64,000 bases of DNA. Origin: a virus. Its lineage: Duplodnaviria; Caudoviricetes. A program made the translations under genes and the position numbers. The stretch is from the IMG/VR virus record IMGVR_UViG_3300033068_000989, positions 32,163 through 96,162 of that record. One strand, given 5' to 3'. A model generated the notes under the pieces. It ran no database searches and was not told the DNA's origin. It saw only the letters and a list, made by a program, of their open reading frames with translations. Shown here in pieces: positions 48,801 through 54,424 of the stretch (positions are counted from its first letter, which is position 1; the number at the start of each line of letters is the position of its first letter).

Positions 48801-50099
48801 TAGATTACCGGCAAATCCCCTGGCATTGGATAAACTGGAAGTAATAACGTCATAAAAATCATATAGATCGGAAGACTTTTTATTATTTACTAAGTTTTCT
48901 GTATATTTTTTTACAAATGTATCTTGAAATGATGCTTGAAAGTTTTCTTCTATAAATGATTCATTAAGTACCCCTTTAGCGAATGCTTTAAATAAATTAG
49001 GTCTGATACTTGCTTCTGCTAATTCTTTAATCGCTGCTTTTTCTTCTTGTGATACAGCTGCCGCTAATATTTTATTTTTTAAAGATCTATGAACGGACTT
49101 ATCAGTTCCTAATATCCACTTAGCTTCTAATAAAGTATTACTAATTGACAACAATACTGCATTGTATGCAAACACAGTATTCAGTACTCTTTTACCAGCT
49201 TCTTCTTTTTGTAAAGCTATTTTATCCAGTTGTTCTTTTTTCTGTACGTCAGTTAAAATTGGGTTATTCCTGACTTTAAACATTTCTGTATTAAAGAACT
49301 CATCAACTTGAAGTTTAGCGTCATGTGCTTCAGAACCTGCTTCAAATCCAGTATTTGCTAAACCTGTTAATATATGCGTAAGTCCTACACCAGTTGCTTC
49401 TTTTGCGTATTGTAAGGTTTTACCAGCTTGTACAGCAAGTGGCTTTATAAAGGCTGGCGTTTTATTAGCTTCTAATAACATGTTTGTTATAGACCTTCCT
49501 CTTCGAAGTGCTTGTATACTTTTTCCAACAAGTGTGGCGGATGTTACAAAAGCTATACCATCCGCAAAATCTTTTGCCCACCATTCAGGTGTTGCCAATC
49601 TTCCTACAGCGTTTGATTCTGTATAGTTTCTGCTAGAGTATATTGGTAAAGTGTTCTCTTGAAACTCATCGAAAGAATTTCTAATACCGTTTAGTACTGG
49701 ATTATCGGATAATCCCTTTATTATATTACCTTCTATGTCTGGTAACGCTGCTTTACCTAATTCCCATAGTCCACCAGCCAAAGAAGAAATTGTTTGAGTT
49801 CCTTTATTCATTATATTAAATGGTAAATATATTAAACCATTTGTTAACTTATGTGATATAGGTTGATGCTCTCCTCTGAAATATGTTTGAGAAGACATAC
49901 TACTCATATAAGCATCGTATTTACTAGGCTTACTATATTCCCTATAATCAACATCTCTACTATATAGGCGACTACTAAAAGAATTAGTAGAGTTATTTAT
50001 AGAATTTTTAATTAATGTTCTGGTTAGTGAACCACTAGATTGCCCAAATGGTGAATATGCAGGAGGTGTTCCTAACTGAGGTTGTGCTGTAATACTCAT
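30840..50099 (-). CDS. 6419-aa virion polyprotein: SF1 helicase-like + zincin + RNA polymerase + CHAP-like + lysozyme-like domains
   Basis: GVLGSGKST/IVDEA/GDMSQ/YTAIGRAR (~45545-44650); HELIH (41892-41906); FRIPS...DFDVD (36852-36866); QCAKFV...GDAW...SHVG (~32150-31870); IMSKES...SYN...YANKV (~31500-31040). Confidence 0.85.
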   Translation of the reverse strand: MSITAQPQLGTPPAYSPFGQSSGSLTRTLIKNSINNSTNSFSSRLYSRDVDYREYSKPSKYDAYMSSMSSQTYFRGEHQPISHKLTNGLIYLPFNIMNKGTQTISSLAGGLWELGKAALPDIEGNIIKGLSDNPVLNGIRNSFDEFQENTLPIYSSRNYTESNAVGRLATPEWWAKDFADGIAFVTSATLVGKSIQALRRGRSITNMLLEANKTPAFIKPLAVQAGKTLQYAKEATGVGLTHILTGLANTGFEAGSEAHDAKLQVDEFFNTEMFKVRNNPILTDVQKKEQLDKIALQKEEAGKRVLNTVFAYNAVLLSISNTLLEAKWILGTDKSVHRSLKNKILAAAVSQEEKAAIKELAEASIRPNLFKAFAKGVLNESFIEENFQASFQDTFVKKYTENLVNNKKSSDLYDFYDVITSSLSNARGFAGNLTAVAMNMLTFGQLDTSFLQTKAGTPEDEASQAMFAALGISGPMSAYHAHREYQQTQEFINTYGEIARGIASNIKLAKNLAAEDMKQPFRTFDINTTDSEGNNIVTTSLIDPSTNQLSIDPEAFARASKRITHIVELNELAQKALLAGDMETVARVKKMALMEFAYYLTTLSNHNFSSEELDIILDNLPAFNEQAMKELNADVEFTNNKGILKKMVLDLQNKFEKIDSIAETLGKKTEEEINMMTEEEREKYLQSQYEISRKKSEQIDLLRTEFFVGNSIDTLLEVDPDLQAYANSVKIDEDALNKMSAVRQERYKDLIELNQHLQDLSLGDKSVTMEMIRKEHLRHSETEEGIRKAWEAVAEADVKLKEAKTEEERKTIVEERDKILDALKEKLYIQEETNALENYKTISQVVDGRIHHLYNTADSRYRKVGSARVYDKKFKPGISARNAGMLSVAAAMEYKYSVHFRDESDPEKGIFAFIDEYGDMAYFSETLKADIDALSSNSVRDNIDDINDVLELFVDQLRETKNGKPLTRLSIFTLLNTFNNIRNSLKIGDEDIIGDILLTLRSLAKEIDNNLSIESDPEALSIFYELLAGRSVEVIEDGEEAPISETVSQRVENIIQSILGIDPVSLPSDTTMEMAQSIQAKKELDKLYADIEDIGNQLRDLNNKIIILKTVKEKLSKTSDKINKYKSNPINVDLKDAFMEMFNEHDQGILNLFEDFLSQLFRQEDDPIKRAELAFGGETINPLREEAANLFTDLEQVKKTVQYLRRAKTTYEKRTDISNEFREEMLELINNLLSKYEYIELKVKGNIAKIDAANQMYQDYRVHGIFDVFGIHGVDDLDEDNEIIKIFSELLEDTDFDIIEELQYQKEQLSLPNMIGFLTSALSHVDDNSELRTKLLEALEDLKSRLLDQIESELGVKIDSRIISLETILDNPWKQVSRLISTHIHFIFKNRKREDAINLLSLPGTALYQIVTHNNPLEALNKLNKDVDAKILTREEADAINKLILDFFRPLIGIQLLQKNMNTRFSFVEFKKAIEEITSENNINLSQQQFVSILDAILFLSSNDIGTEDDMSYAAVLSGVLGSGKSTVLGLISKVYAKMYGDNNTDIILGTGHTSISADNINRHIDSSRVNNKTIEELSESDLDEINILIVDEAFAMSNKQIDAVNKLVISVNSKRKGSNKLKVIFAGDMSQNRKDNTHILITDMARGGMHGEVSIGNATGLVQLSPLNTIYRSNIQSITNALMSFKDNTEFIDSIDTISDISTLSEYSDSSLGVIQVVADNLPKFLAKRKTTRTAVVVVNTEEERDAFIKKLGAETDLSLDKLNVQVLTYYDTQSITVDEVYILMSHNGKDINGEIFSANAFNTAMYTAIGRAREFVGIAPSAVTVNTNKQEVDGSLDIGNKVREHLAVAQSMMLDGLANSAERYFGVEKEIKEETNKEKSDSKKEKGKDKADEYTDEEEEDDEYTDDEEEYDDEDGERVQAKEGTGEDAVDDVILDPNTNEFIPPEIPSNEILNNKNNISFKEVNNVNIKKVTKGRKPTDDLKITIIRQRNNTRNGFNIKIIAIAPDLEGRYYEVAVLTSEELNGRFSYLRESKAKTVNFVPGKKLNEFITNPSEQIMAELSSKFISKANYVYFFQGNTVETSMDNILEDWLNSFYEDRKILDIKTGKYTPAKYQMYIDNDPKKGIDYSKVRTVVITRTYFVENELGRRGFNENVIGHVALEITDYRQDSPNAAPQWILLSQNLANTRNSDGTFGWYDKTIQPLRDFLADINDLESLFTNNSELKKANKVGYQLTLGDPGKRLNTYIIDDFAKLAYIHTQEKGINLQLKDRKRVREIVKKLLEHKQIDFITKDISEKTLDELITSLDKVVKQLYSAKSKTLVIENTQEAIDEVEELYKDMGYTFNFDKKIGKDDKFIKVQIEIVDNSTNTTDIENFKTYIHGIGGTNTTRAWTRLARSTGSNKLFGYELNTSYTITYNDGTSERKSTARSLLSLTHGATGSHVGKKMSWLGGLNMAFRDIVLGRTIDNPSNKERLDKISETLVIEKDGKRVNMVKVLQEAVNKIILEEHADTGKYRGKNSKLIKRLEDLHPEEAKALQVALSNFESVPVTSQMLSDIISQILPGQPIKLDNGHFLRINIRPSVSALDMTDSENRRKIEEQTITYFSHYTPPKLIVGKIGKATKKSTSPSTDESQTLEELGIELEKHVNKWKNKEDSPKSGYRKSELKLTPQRFAKEGLEEVADVILSHIGNVQFYTSEKFPRGAGVTYIKKDGTTVVILGKNYKLTTLLHELIHAATIRVFDVPEKLRTPQEKKFVERIKQLKKLFDAVAPKVSGKALEDIYSTTVGELTEEEFIANLSNKEFIDLLKQIDYRITKKELEINVRSKSLLRNLFASVIKAIADLFGFSKKENENLYNLAITSLKDLYTEEAKTEENPIVKAKTKRAKATRKTTSKATRKTASETASETASETASETTDDSRTLLEIALSGITYLKNNHPGMVDVYEDLQQFVNEIKDYDEYSEQEKNELLTQVIENIKNILISLNDRNRFVINKSVDDSTGSHKISVKYENLNELKRSFGNSIQLFNQAVFEVKKQIYLAQNSDESVIPFQDAQKIAHKNINNLYVTLDKEFKNTLKEEGFSNINNVDDLLDVLEEKKNTKLELDRKLDEDGLSMKELLTLKGERISVFTEITKIISLYNRYNDTIKVLEILSNNTSNEYQKVLRYIFNNWASIELDKGESNLHNEISKSDESNFVDSFSTEVKNYLSLIPIYGSDNIIVSFVLPKYAITFISDLLHDYIDLDNLNNVTQIRESLLAIKKSSGFNRIDLAILDKLIETIDNFIGEEIEDQETGELISKPIPTTISVFIDNFSKGADKFSGDFYVIEVVDPSNNIDVSGMTVEEAKYNFGDKVKITKYSSIEEAVSKSKNTERADIILNLYKKNKAFNDLVNLRTYLGSLAKVTYIEIHDNSGIKKGEEGGQIYRSSKAKKMSSLGVSLGTKVRLLDELFDMLIGTSPVNYNGTEIFITSNKHMSAVFSGILRHKADEAEKIVNNFLRLFGLDYLTNFKEAIKEEKEYSNLLNNIMTAMSSVYKELIDAKSELPRLIGKGRNIDIETYTEFKNIFLSNKAIKILGDRVADLAKKNSVIKVVKTVRSADNKTLLEYIPTFSFREIVKDYNRLKKGEVSKYLNGEFFTKNIFINNISTIFNGTTRFLLRRSGKYITSAERISDTRRLQLLMNDFFFAQIGRGKFDAEYKKSYYQPLYQQGLSTKSEIPQVSYLGIDGIIQAFHSMIEQLDYVEERHRNHPSYNKKERLNFSLLNNAEKSEAAQKYKGIKKYSNEEYRNILIADMIKQLYDKAKNLVTNYENTGLPLSDEFSKAYGLIRSTFSSTSIKNTVIRGMFKSLIDETVLPEDLKNFKAHTEEFTKAAYPSNDVFNFMVLSYLANNYVNSYGLSQLAYGDFNMYGSVENIGKRSQLSVSPGYLSLIDDRYGTPKFANMLMAKDVITPGSDYASMLQQFDIDHNDLNNILNQITKNNGEFSNIERTDGTVFITPKFFYKLQKGFGTGLNLRAAIKDQAFGWSEIRTPDNDNTYPTIKEALEAWQIKHKKSLAKNKFFEGVHFIKEYSESNDNKKPKLTIKLLDVKTFPVGLKNAIIVLDDNFINAESRSAKSREQLAKLRKMLDEMEYNGKPIDMLVFNSANKVLTPSGENLFDEAGNVLSNISIDTDSNVIPIDMSLFKIQFNPHSSDITTAVPRQLLHFMSTVENTEHAVEAYNTLAALQNILYSSIFKKGQVSKKDIKKMAISSNTGANDDFAVRNAIEAGLSVDHPLILSKIITMLGSKLNKNASRIRVRGGKLTLKSDIGYSVRKKVKGSNGKINIIMDKLRIGKTKDGTPYAEAAVPAYFLTNSQKKALKDGKPLFLTPDMFGFRIPSGDLNAGLLIKVVDFYSTEGDSNIIILPDLEIMKQGWDFDVDSLFLLSFEEHEVGYKSKLAGSTFSFNADSLVGFTHIINGKSEYDLKDNTQFENFEKAALDELAKLTTQITKFKDILKVNKERKKNAKSVASKNKYENEIGALNKRIKEVRKDKKIIQEARVAALKNRLVKTIMLAYLDPSNNHRILDVTTTKIIATALQYLQDNGIVIKHNTKDLSFPEDNIQQYSNVKEAADAISIYAKGSGVLAYLSKASKQNMYPYLPKHFEFSLNNKEVSRFGTQVLAFGQDTLSYMINNKLLNAFLDALKNPEIFEIGFSGANANLIDVGLSLNNVSFEDILLLMNIPLIKEAFKNRTITHLMKLVEEVVVESGTNLDGSKAYTYAYTDLSITTDEILKAAKSNNTELMEIIKDHNNSDVQDEDISDYEEQSNSEITQDDSSQVDEDTEVDAKFKQLKDAKNGEEPGDMSITDSMFEIYIQNLRNENKVDFLSLVDNGNNMELMKALFMLHKIYNIAQQKRKLIPLVSLPQDKPTSPQQLFNWETKIKQIFKSKFLDALYTKFADMPNNLSVEEYSKYIRKGLEQLKKNSFDNQHDLIFAAGIQLDIFNILDTNPHIAVALIQTLNHLYNIKTNFSIFSEKSMKIVNYITPTSSNILLDEGTASVYGAWLLSDILMSSEVSSIMFTDIRQSVTIKKGAVKTRSLHGIDSFVNDVIDKINAVLRYEDREIKRNSDFLRNIFIAHLVTKSGIGATINTVDSISLYSFEISDYHKAFTDLSYYDFIPINDDDGEFIRYEVVYDPTRRESSLQKDLITYAIIHTGLRIASNNYVNAIAPEILSRYTGNLNKTYDTWIKNNANSSGLRKIYMLGVAEKFPESVPTLSKILQKDSIIAHNFSDAGKTKLDDMLINLYGAEAENSLPYYDYIIISNKPNSLPIIKLGKDVKNHKMLVLVHQDEIEVGDKVTTVSFYHKVNPGKIVLTKKPYNFSDHFRTDLPTIKFIPSIEYDIHSKEVLDEDNNLVQNTFTITYNKNMHTRKYLPTDKIYGTYFDDMARHRISLLQIDNYETFEEDDFIQYTVIENDIGYKVYNEVTDTYEDMPTQDVINKINRNKIRSIYQYSSTGSDYFPNLNALGGDRVFVYVTNTLNLPISAQVKKAFGNAKEVFKTKDISKSVIGNFGATKQVNKVVMGTKGYGFGLVFNDVYDIDGKYYEYNQLEENVKKSINLLIDAAEQSPELKFIFTFNNSNDPSHLNIKQLSKIILSTNRSIPSNIYFSKSLYEELNYQAVTKSKNIDQLLDKIQSKLTKDDTPEEAEARLKDSNVNRFTLGGRKSNIKVQETTAEQLFKAAIMDNDPVLLAKALLDKELSKHAEEIEKNCKSSGGLTAESGLTLGFTPGSQWEIVKDLKGPSHTQGGIDLSIDNGRVMFSDGKTKYHAADGLTIQAKEPSLLRKLEKAIFGFNDTPEEKEFTRLKNIKKPMEPKGDKKSKVVNNTEYSRNWMDYYVNSKEFVTRPPSIEERKIAQIEETKKYIDKFKNYEDIGTMAALSRYIDKFNPFSNSSSDSVNRKITNKIVGENYKNIYKELSKGVNNVAQSTITTLLELPLYSDKGIKCESDQCAKFVRDDIYKSISTKMGVDKFFSTLGVYGDAWNMADNVIRKGGNSVYNRMTDKGKIKGVKPGDIVSIFTGGTSPYQAEADIKGDGNSHVGYVRKVYADGSFDVNDNTHQKKEDGKWQGVAYTIRFNSDGKVQNAYNKRIFHKINRITRPNYDKIPTNYQEVEKFEADPSITRYIGKKGYERVVNMTEFINANSKKIQNFYKLNAEELSSLSKAAIGIMSKESKVGSSFSMGDKLPDTVSDVVRNTYEIGASIARRVKRGLQTLTGSSEKVSPYASTGYSRIKMLENFSNKRIDEISKEFDLDDRTNEENAYMFTLAILARKYSNYKATEKSDGDALYRAIVSYNSPEKANSKKDIQNKSIDYANKVLILGNSLKSFNKNGVYGDKFSSLYKDKKVLQNAAKLTTIGIPILIDNKYDFDTNIKRIVNNKDKKHVK
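41349..41440. repeat. Coding tandem repeats in a linker of the giant protein
   Basis: tgtctcagatgc x4 (ASET) next to gttttcctggtagctttgg x2 at 24-nt period (KATRKT). Confidence 0.9.
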
Positions 50100-50107
50100 A
50101 ATTTATC

Positions 50108-52255
50108 TTATTGTGTTAATGCGTCTATTACTTGGTAATCAGATACATTGCCTTTATATGTAAGTGTTTTATTTTTACTAAAATATCTTTCATAAGAACC
50201 TTTGGTGTATTCAGTTCCCATTTCAGCATCCGCTCCATTAAGTGACATAGGTTGCCCATTATAAACTGTCACTCTTTTTCTTCTGCCTTTATTATCTATG
50301 TATGTTAAAAATACTTTATTATATAGAAGTTCTTGTGTTCTGTTGTCAGCTGGATTTAATCGTGTATCAGATGGAGCTAGATCCCAACTTTCTATTCTTT
50401 CAACATCTCTTGGAATGTCTATAAAACCAGGTAGTCTATTAGAAATCCCCCTAACCATGTGATTAGAAATAGGATCGTCTCCACCCACACCAGTAAATGA
50501 TATAACTCTATTGCTTCCTATTCTTATGCCGCTATTAGAATGTTGGAATTTTTTAGCGTTAAGTAGTGCTTCATTGTAATCATTCATGGTATTTTTAAAA
50601 TTGTTACCAATATTTAAACCATCTAATGTAGACACTAAAGCTATTCTACCATCGCCTAATTTAATACTGAAAGCATAGTCTTTATTTTGTATACTAGGTC
50701 CTACTAAATCTGTTACTACAAATTTAGTAACATCTTTTCTAGTTGTTTCGTTTATCTTTTCATCATTTTTAAGATCTGCTACAGTATATTCTGTGCCGTA
50801 TTTTTCTATTTTACCGTCTTTACCAATTATAGTTACTGGATATTGTTCTGATTGTAATATGTGGTCAGTGATAGCTTTTTGATCTCCCATACTAACAGGT
50901 ATTCCAACTAATTGGTCCCTATTACTGTGATTATTATAATAAGTCTGATAACCATTTACTAACCCCCTAATAGTTTGTCTAGTAATCCCTTGATCAATCA
51001 ATTCATTAACATACAGCATAAATTTATTTTTATCGAAAGAAGGTTCATTTTCTGAAATAGCGTCAGCTATTTTAGAAGCTTCCTTTTTCAAATTAATAAC
51101 CTGTAATTTCTTAGGCTTATCGCCAAATCCGTATCCACCTATTCCTCTCATTATTATATTATTGAAAGTATCTCCAATGGTTGAACTAAATCCTTCATTA
51201 GAAGGAGTAATATTTTTTAATATTTTTTCATAGTCTAAATTATTATAATCTACTTGATCAAGTGTTGCACCTATTCCAACTTCTCTTGGTGGAGGAGTAT
51301 TATACGAACGAGATGCATCATATAATTGTTGCATTGCTCCTAATTTTTCTCTATGCATTCGCAGATCTAAAGCAGGGTCTTTCATTCTATGTATATCCGG
51401 TTTAATATCATTTACATATGCGTAACCTGCTATTTGTCCATAATCGTTTTGGAACAACCTCTGTGTAATTTCCTTCATATCATCAGGATCAGTGATATCG
51501 CCCTTAGCGGCTTCTAGCCTAGATCTAAATCCCAGGTCACTTATATAATGTGCATCCCCTTGCAATGCCCCTAACATATTTTGAACAAGTGTTTTACCTT
51601 CCTTATATTCTATACCAGTTGTCCTGTCCACTAGTGTATAACCATCTTTACCAGACGCAAGACTATATTTTTTTAACTCAGGTGTATTCTTAAGAACTTC
51701 AGTTAATCTACTATATACATCATATTCAGGAGGTGGTGCGGCAAGTGAAGATTCTTTGTTGTATCTACCAGCTTCAGGATCAAATCCTCCTAGATCTTGT
51801 AAACCTTTTTTAAACATGTAAACAGCATCAGATAATCTATTAGCTGTATACGAGTCTTTCTTATCGGCATGTTTAAGTAACTCTTGATAGGATGTGACAT
51901 AATCATCATAAGCTCTTTTTACAGCTCCTGCTTTACCAGTTAAAAGATCATTGGTAATTCCTCTCTGTAATTCTTTTATCTTACGAATCTGTGCATATAC
52001 ATCACCTGGATTTTTTGCTATGAAATCTTTTACTTCACTTTTTCTATTCTGCCACTCTTTATTAATAGCTGCAGCTTCTTTTTCATAAGCAGTTCCTGCT
52101 ATACCCATAGACCTAAATTGATTTAATGCATCAAATGCTTCCTCAGAAGCGTCTAGCAATTTCCTTCTCTCTTTTACAGTTTCATTAAGAAGTTCTAATG
52201 GATACGTAGAAGGTTTATAGTCAAGTGGTTTAAATTGTACAAATCTATTTGCCAT
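50108..52255 (-). CDS. Putative virion cargo/ejection protein
   Basis: 715 aa, helical N-terminus, directly upstream of the RNAP polyprotein as in crAss-like phages. Confidence 0.6.
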   Translation of the reverse strand: MANRFVQFKPLDYKPSTYPLELLNETVKERRKLLDASEEAFDALNQFRSMGIAGTAYEKEAAAINKEWQNRKSEVKDFIAKNPGDVYAQIRKIKELQRGITNDLLTGKAGAVKRAYDDYVTSYQELLKHADKKDSYTANRLSDAVYMFKKGLQDLGGFDPEAGRYNKESSLAAPPPEYDVYSRLTEVLKNTPELKKYSLASGKDGYTLVDRTTGIEYKEGKTLVQNMLGALQGDAHYISDLGFRSRLEAAKGDITDPDDMKEITQRLFQNDYGQIAGYAYVNDIKPDIHRMKDPALDLRMHREKLGAMQQLYDASRSYNTPPPREVGIGATLDQVDYNNLDYEKILKNITPSNEGFSSTIGDTFNNIIMRGIGGYGFGDKPKKLQVINLKKEASKIADAISENEPSFDKNKFMLYVNELIDQGITRQTIRGLVNGYQTYYNNHSNRDQLVGIPVSMGDQKAITDHILQSEQYPVTIIGKDGKIEKYGTEYTVADLKNDEKINETTRKDVTKFVVTDLVGPSIQNKDYAFSIKLGDGRIALVSTLDGLNIGNNFKNTMNDYNEALLNAKKFQHSNSGIRIGSNRVISFTGVGGDDPISNHMVRGISNRLPGFIDIPRDVERIESWDLAPSDTRLNPADNRTQELLYNKVFLTYIDNKGRRKRVTVYNGQPMSLNGADAEMGTEYTKGSYERYFSKNKTLTYKGNVSDYQVIDALTQ

Positions 52256-52258
52256 CGT

Positions 52259-54424
52259 TTATTGTCTTCTTTTAGTAAGTTTATTTGTTCTTTCCATTTC
52301 TGACATTAATGATTCATATGCCTCTGGATCTCTATTAAACAAAATCTCTAATGCTCTTTGTTGAGTAGTTTGTTCATTAAATCCTTTACCCACATTAGAC
52401 AATGTTTGTAGGGAATTATAAAGACCATTCGTATAGTTAGCTCTATTCTGTTCATTCGCTATATCAGATGCAGCCTGTGCTTGTGCATTAAATTGGTTTT
52501 GCTGTTGCATTCTTTGCTCATACTGTGTACGAGCTTGCTGATTTAAATTATCATATTGATTAATTATACTAGCATCAGTTCTATATTTATTAGCATATAA
52601 GTTCTGTAAACCAGATGCTACTCCAGCAGAAGAATAACTATTGGCTAAATTTTGTCTAGCGGCATTCGTAGTTAATTGATTCTGTGCTAATGCAGACGCA
52701 GGATTAAATTTATTCTGTGTAATAACAGTTCTATCTAATCTTGGTCTATTAACTTCTGGTTTATCAAATATAGATAGGGCAGTTTGTAAACCAGCTGCTC
52801 CCAATTGCATATAATCCCCTATACCATATTTATATTTTAAATCTGGTGGTTGTTTATCAGGTGGTAAGTCTGTACCTACTTGTTGATACGGATCATTATC
52901 TGGATTGTCTTTATTTGCCTTTAATACCGCTTGATTAATCAATGCAGCCTTTTGTTCATTACTAAGAGCTTGATATGCAGCAGCATCTTGATTGTACCCA
53001 CTCTTAGTAAGGTAATCGTTCCAAGAAGTATCTAGATGTGCATCATCTCTATTACCACTCAATACCTTAGTAGGATCTTTTTGATATACTAGATAGTCTT
53101 TTAGATTTTCCTTTCTTTGTGTAGCTGCTTTAACTTTATCATTATAGATTTTTTGAAATCCTGGCTGTCCATATAGTGTGGCAAAATTAGGCCCAAATAT
53201 GTCTGGTGATGATAATAGATCAGTTGCTTTAGGATCTATAACTTTTCTATCTCTATCATAACGCATCCCTTCATCAGTCTTTAAATACTCTCCTGCAGCA
53301 TCCATAAATACAGGTTTATCTATGTGGTAACCTGCATACTGTTTGTATTTATTAGAATATTTAAATCCAGCTGGTACTGTGTCTAGCTCAGTTTGTATTT
53401 GTTCTGGGGTAAGAGATCCTGCTGCTTTTTTAGCGGCTTGGTATCTCTTTTGATTAGTTTCATATTCTTCTTGTGGAACATATCCTTCTGCGTTATGTGC
53501 ACCAAATGCATTACCATAGCCAGCATCTGTAAAAAGATTTAAATTGTCTTGTGCATATTTATCTAGATCCTCATTAGTTAATGAAGGATATCTAATAGCA
53601 TTAACTTCTTTTCCTGGGTTAACCCATGGACTAGTTGTTAATTTATTAATGGGTACAGGCACTCCTCCAGCATACGCATAATTCATTCTGCCACCATATG
53701 CCATACCTTGACCAGGTTGTATTGGCATTCCATTACCTTGTCTTTTACCCATAGCTTGCGCTACTGTTTCTTGAGTGGCAAATAATTTTTCTTTCTCTTT
53801 TTCTAAAGCTTTAAGTGTAGCCATATTTATAATGGATGGTTTTTTACCTAGCTTAGCTATTAATCTTTCCAGCTTCTTAGAACTTTCCGCAAAAGACTTT
53901 CCAGTTCTTGGATCGTGTAATTTCTCAGAGAATACTCTATCATTCTGTGTATCTATCATTTCGCCATTATCAACCGCTAATGGCATTCCCTTATAGTCCA
54001 TATCTACACCATCAGTTTCACCTTCTCCTCCTGTGACTTCCATTGCATTAGGAGAGATTTGTTCTACTTCTCCTCCTTCAATCATACCACCTTCTGCGTA
54101 TCCATATGGGTTAGTATTATTGTATCCAACAGTTGGATTAGCGCCAGATGGTTTAGAAAATGCGCCTATAATAGACCCTAATCCAGATGCAGCTGCTCCA
54201 ATAACTTGTCCGCCTGGTATGACAGATGCTATACCACCGCCAATTTTTAATACATTTGCAATATCTCCTCCTGCATTCATATACGTCTTTGCTAACGGAT
54301 TGCTAGAGATGCCGGGAGATTGTGTAGCTTGATTCATACTCCACATTTGTTCAAAAGATATTGGAGTGTTGTGTGCAGCTAACTGTATATTATAACCGTA
54401 TTTATTTCTATTGTATTTTTTCAT
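52259..54424 (-). CDS. Putative virion cargo/ejection protein
   Basis: G/A-rich membrane-like segment, repeated YAxGG-like motifs, Q/N/A-rich coiled C-terminus. Confidence 0.6.
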   Translation of the reverse strand: MKKYNRNKYGYNIQLAAHNTPISFEQMWSMNQATQSPGISSNPLAKTYMNAGGDIANVLKIGGGIASVIPGGQVIGAAASGLGSIIGAFSKPSGANPTVGYNNTNPYGYAEGGMIEGGEVEQISPNAMEVTGGEGETDGVDMDYKGMPLAVDNGEMIDTQNDRVFSEKLHDPRTGKSFAESSKKLERLIAKLGKKPSIINMATLKALEKEKEKLFATQETVAQAMGKRQGNGMPIQPGQGMAYGGRMNYAYAGGVPVPINKLTTSPWVNPGKEVNAIRYPSLTNEDLDKYAQDNLNLFTDAGYGNAFGAHNAEGYVPQEEYETNQKRYQAAKKAAGSLTPEQIQTELDTVPAGFKYSNKYKQYAGYHIDKPVFMDAAGEYLKTDEGMRYDRDRKVIDPKATDLLSSPDIFGPNFATLYGQPGFQKIYNDKVKAATQRKENLKDYLVYQKDPTKVLSGNRDDAHLDTSWNDYLTKSGYNQDAAAYQALSNEQKAALINQAVLKANKDNPDNDPYQQVGTDLPPDKQPPDLKYKYGIGDYMQLGAAGLQTALSIFDKPEVNRPRLDRTVITQNKFNPASALAQNQLTTNAARQNLANSYSSAGVASGLQNLYANKYRTDASIINQYDNLNQQARTQYEQRMQQQNQFNAQAQAASDIANEQNRANYTNGLYNSLQTLSNVGKGFNEQTTQQRALEILFNRDPEAYESLMSEMERTNKLTKRRQ

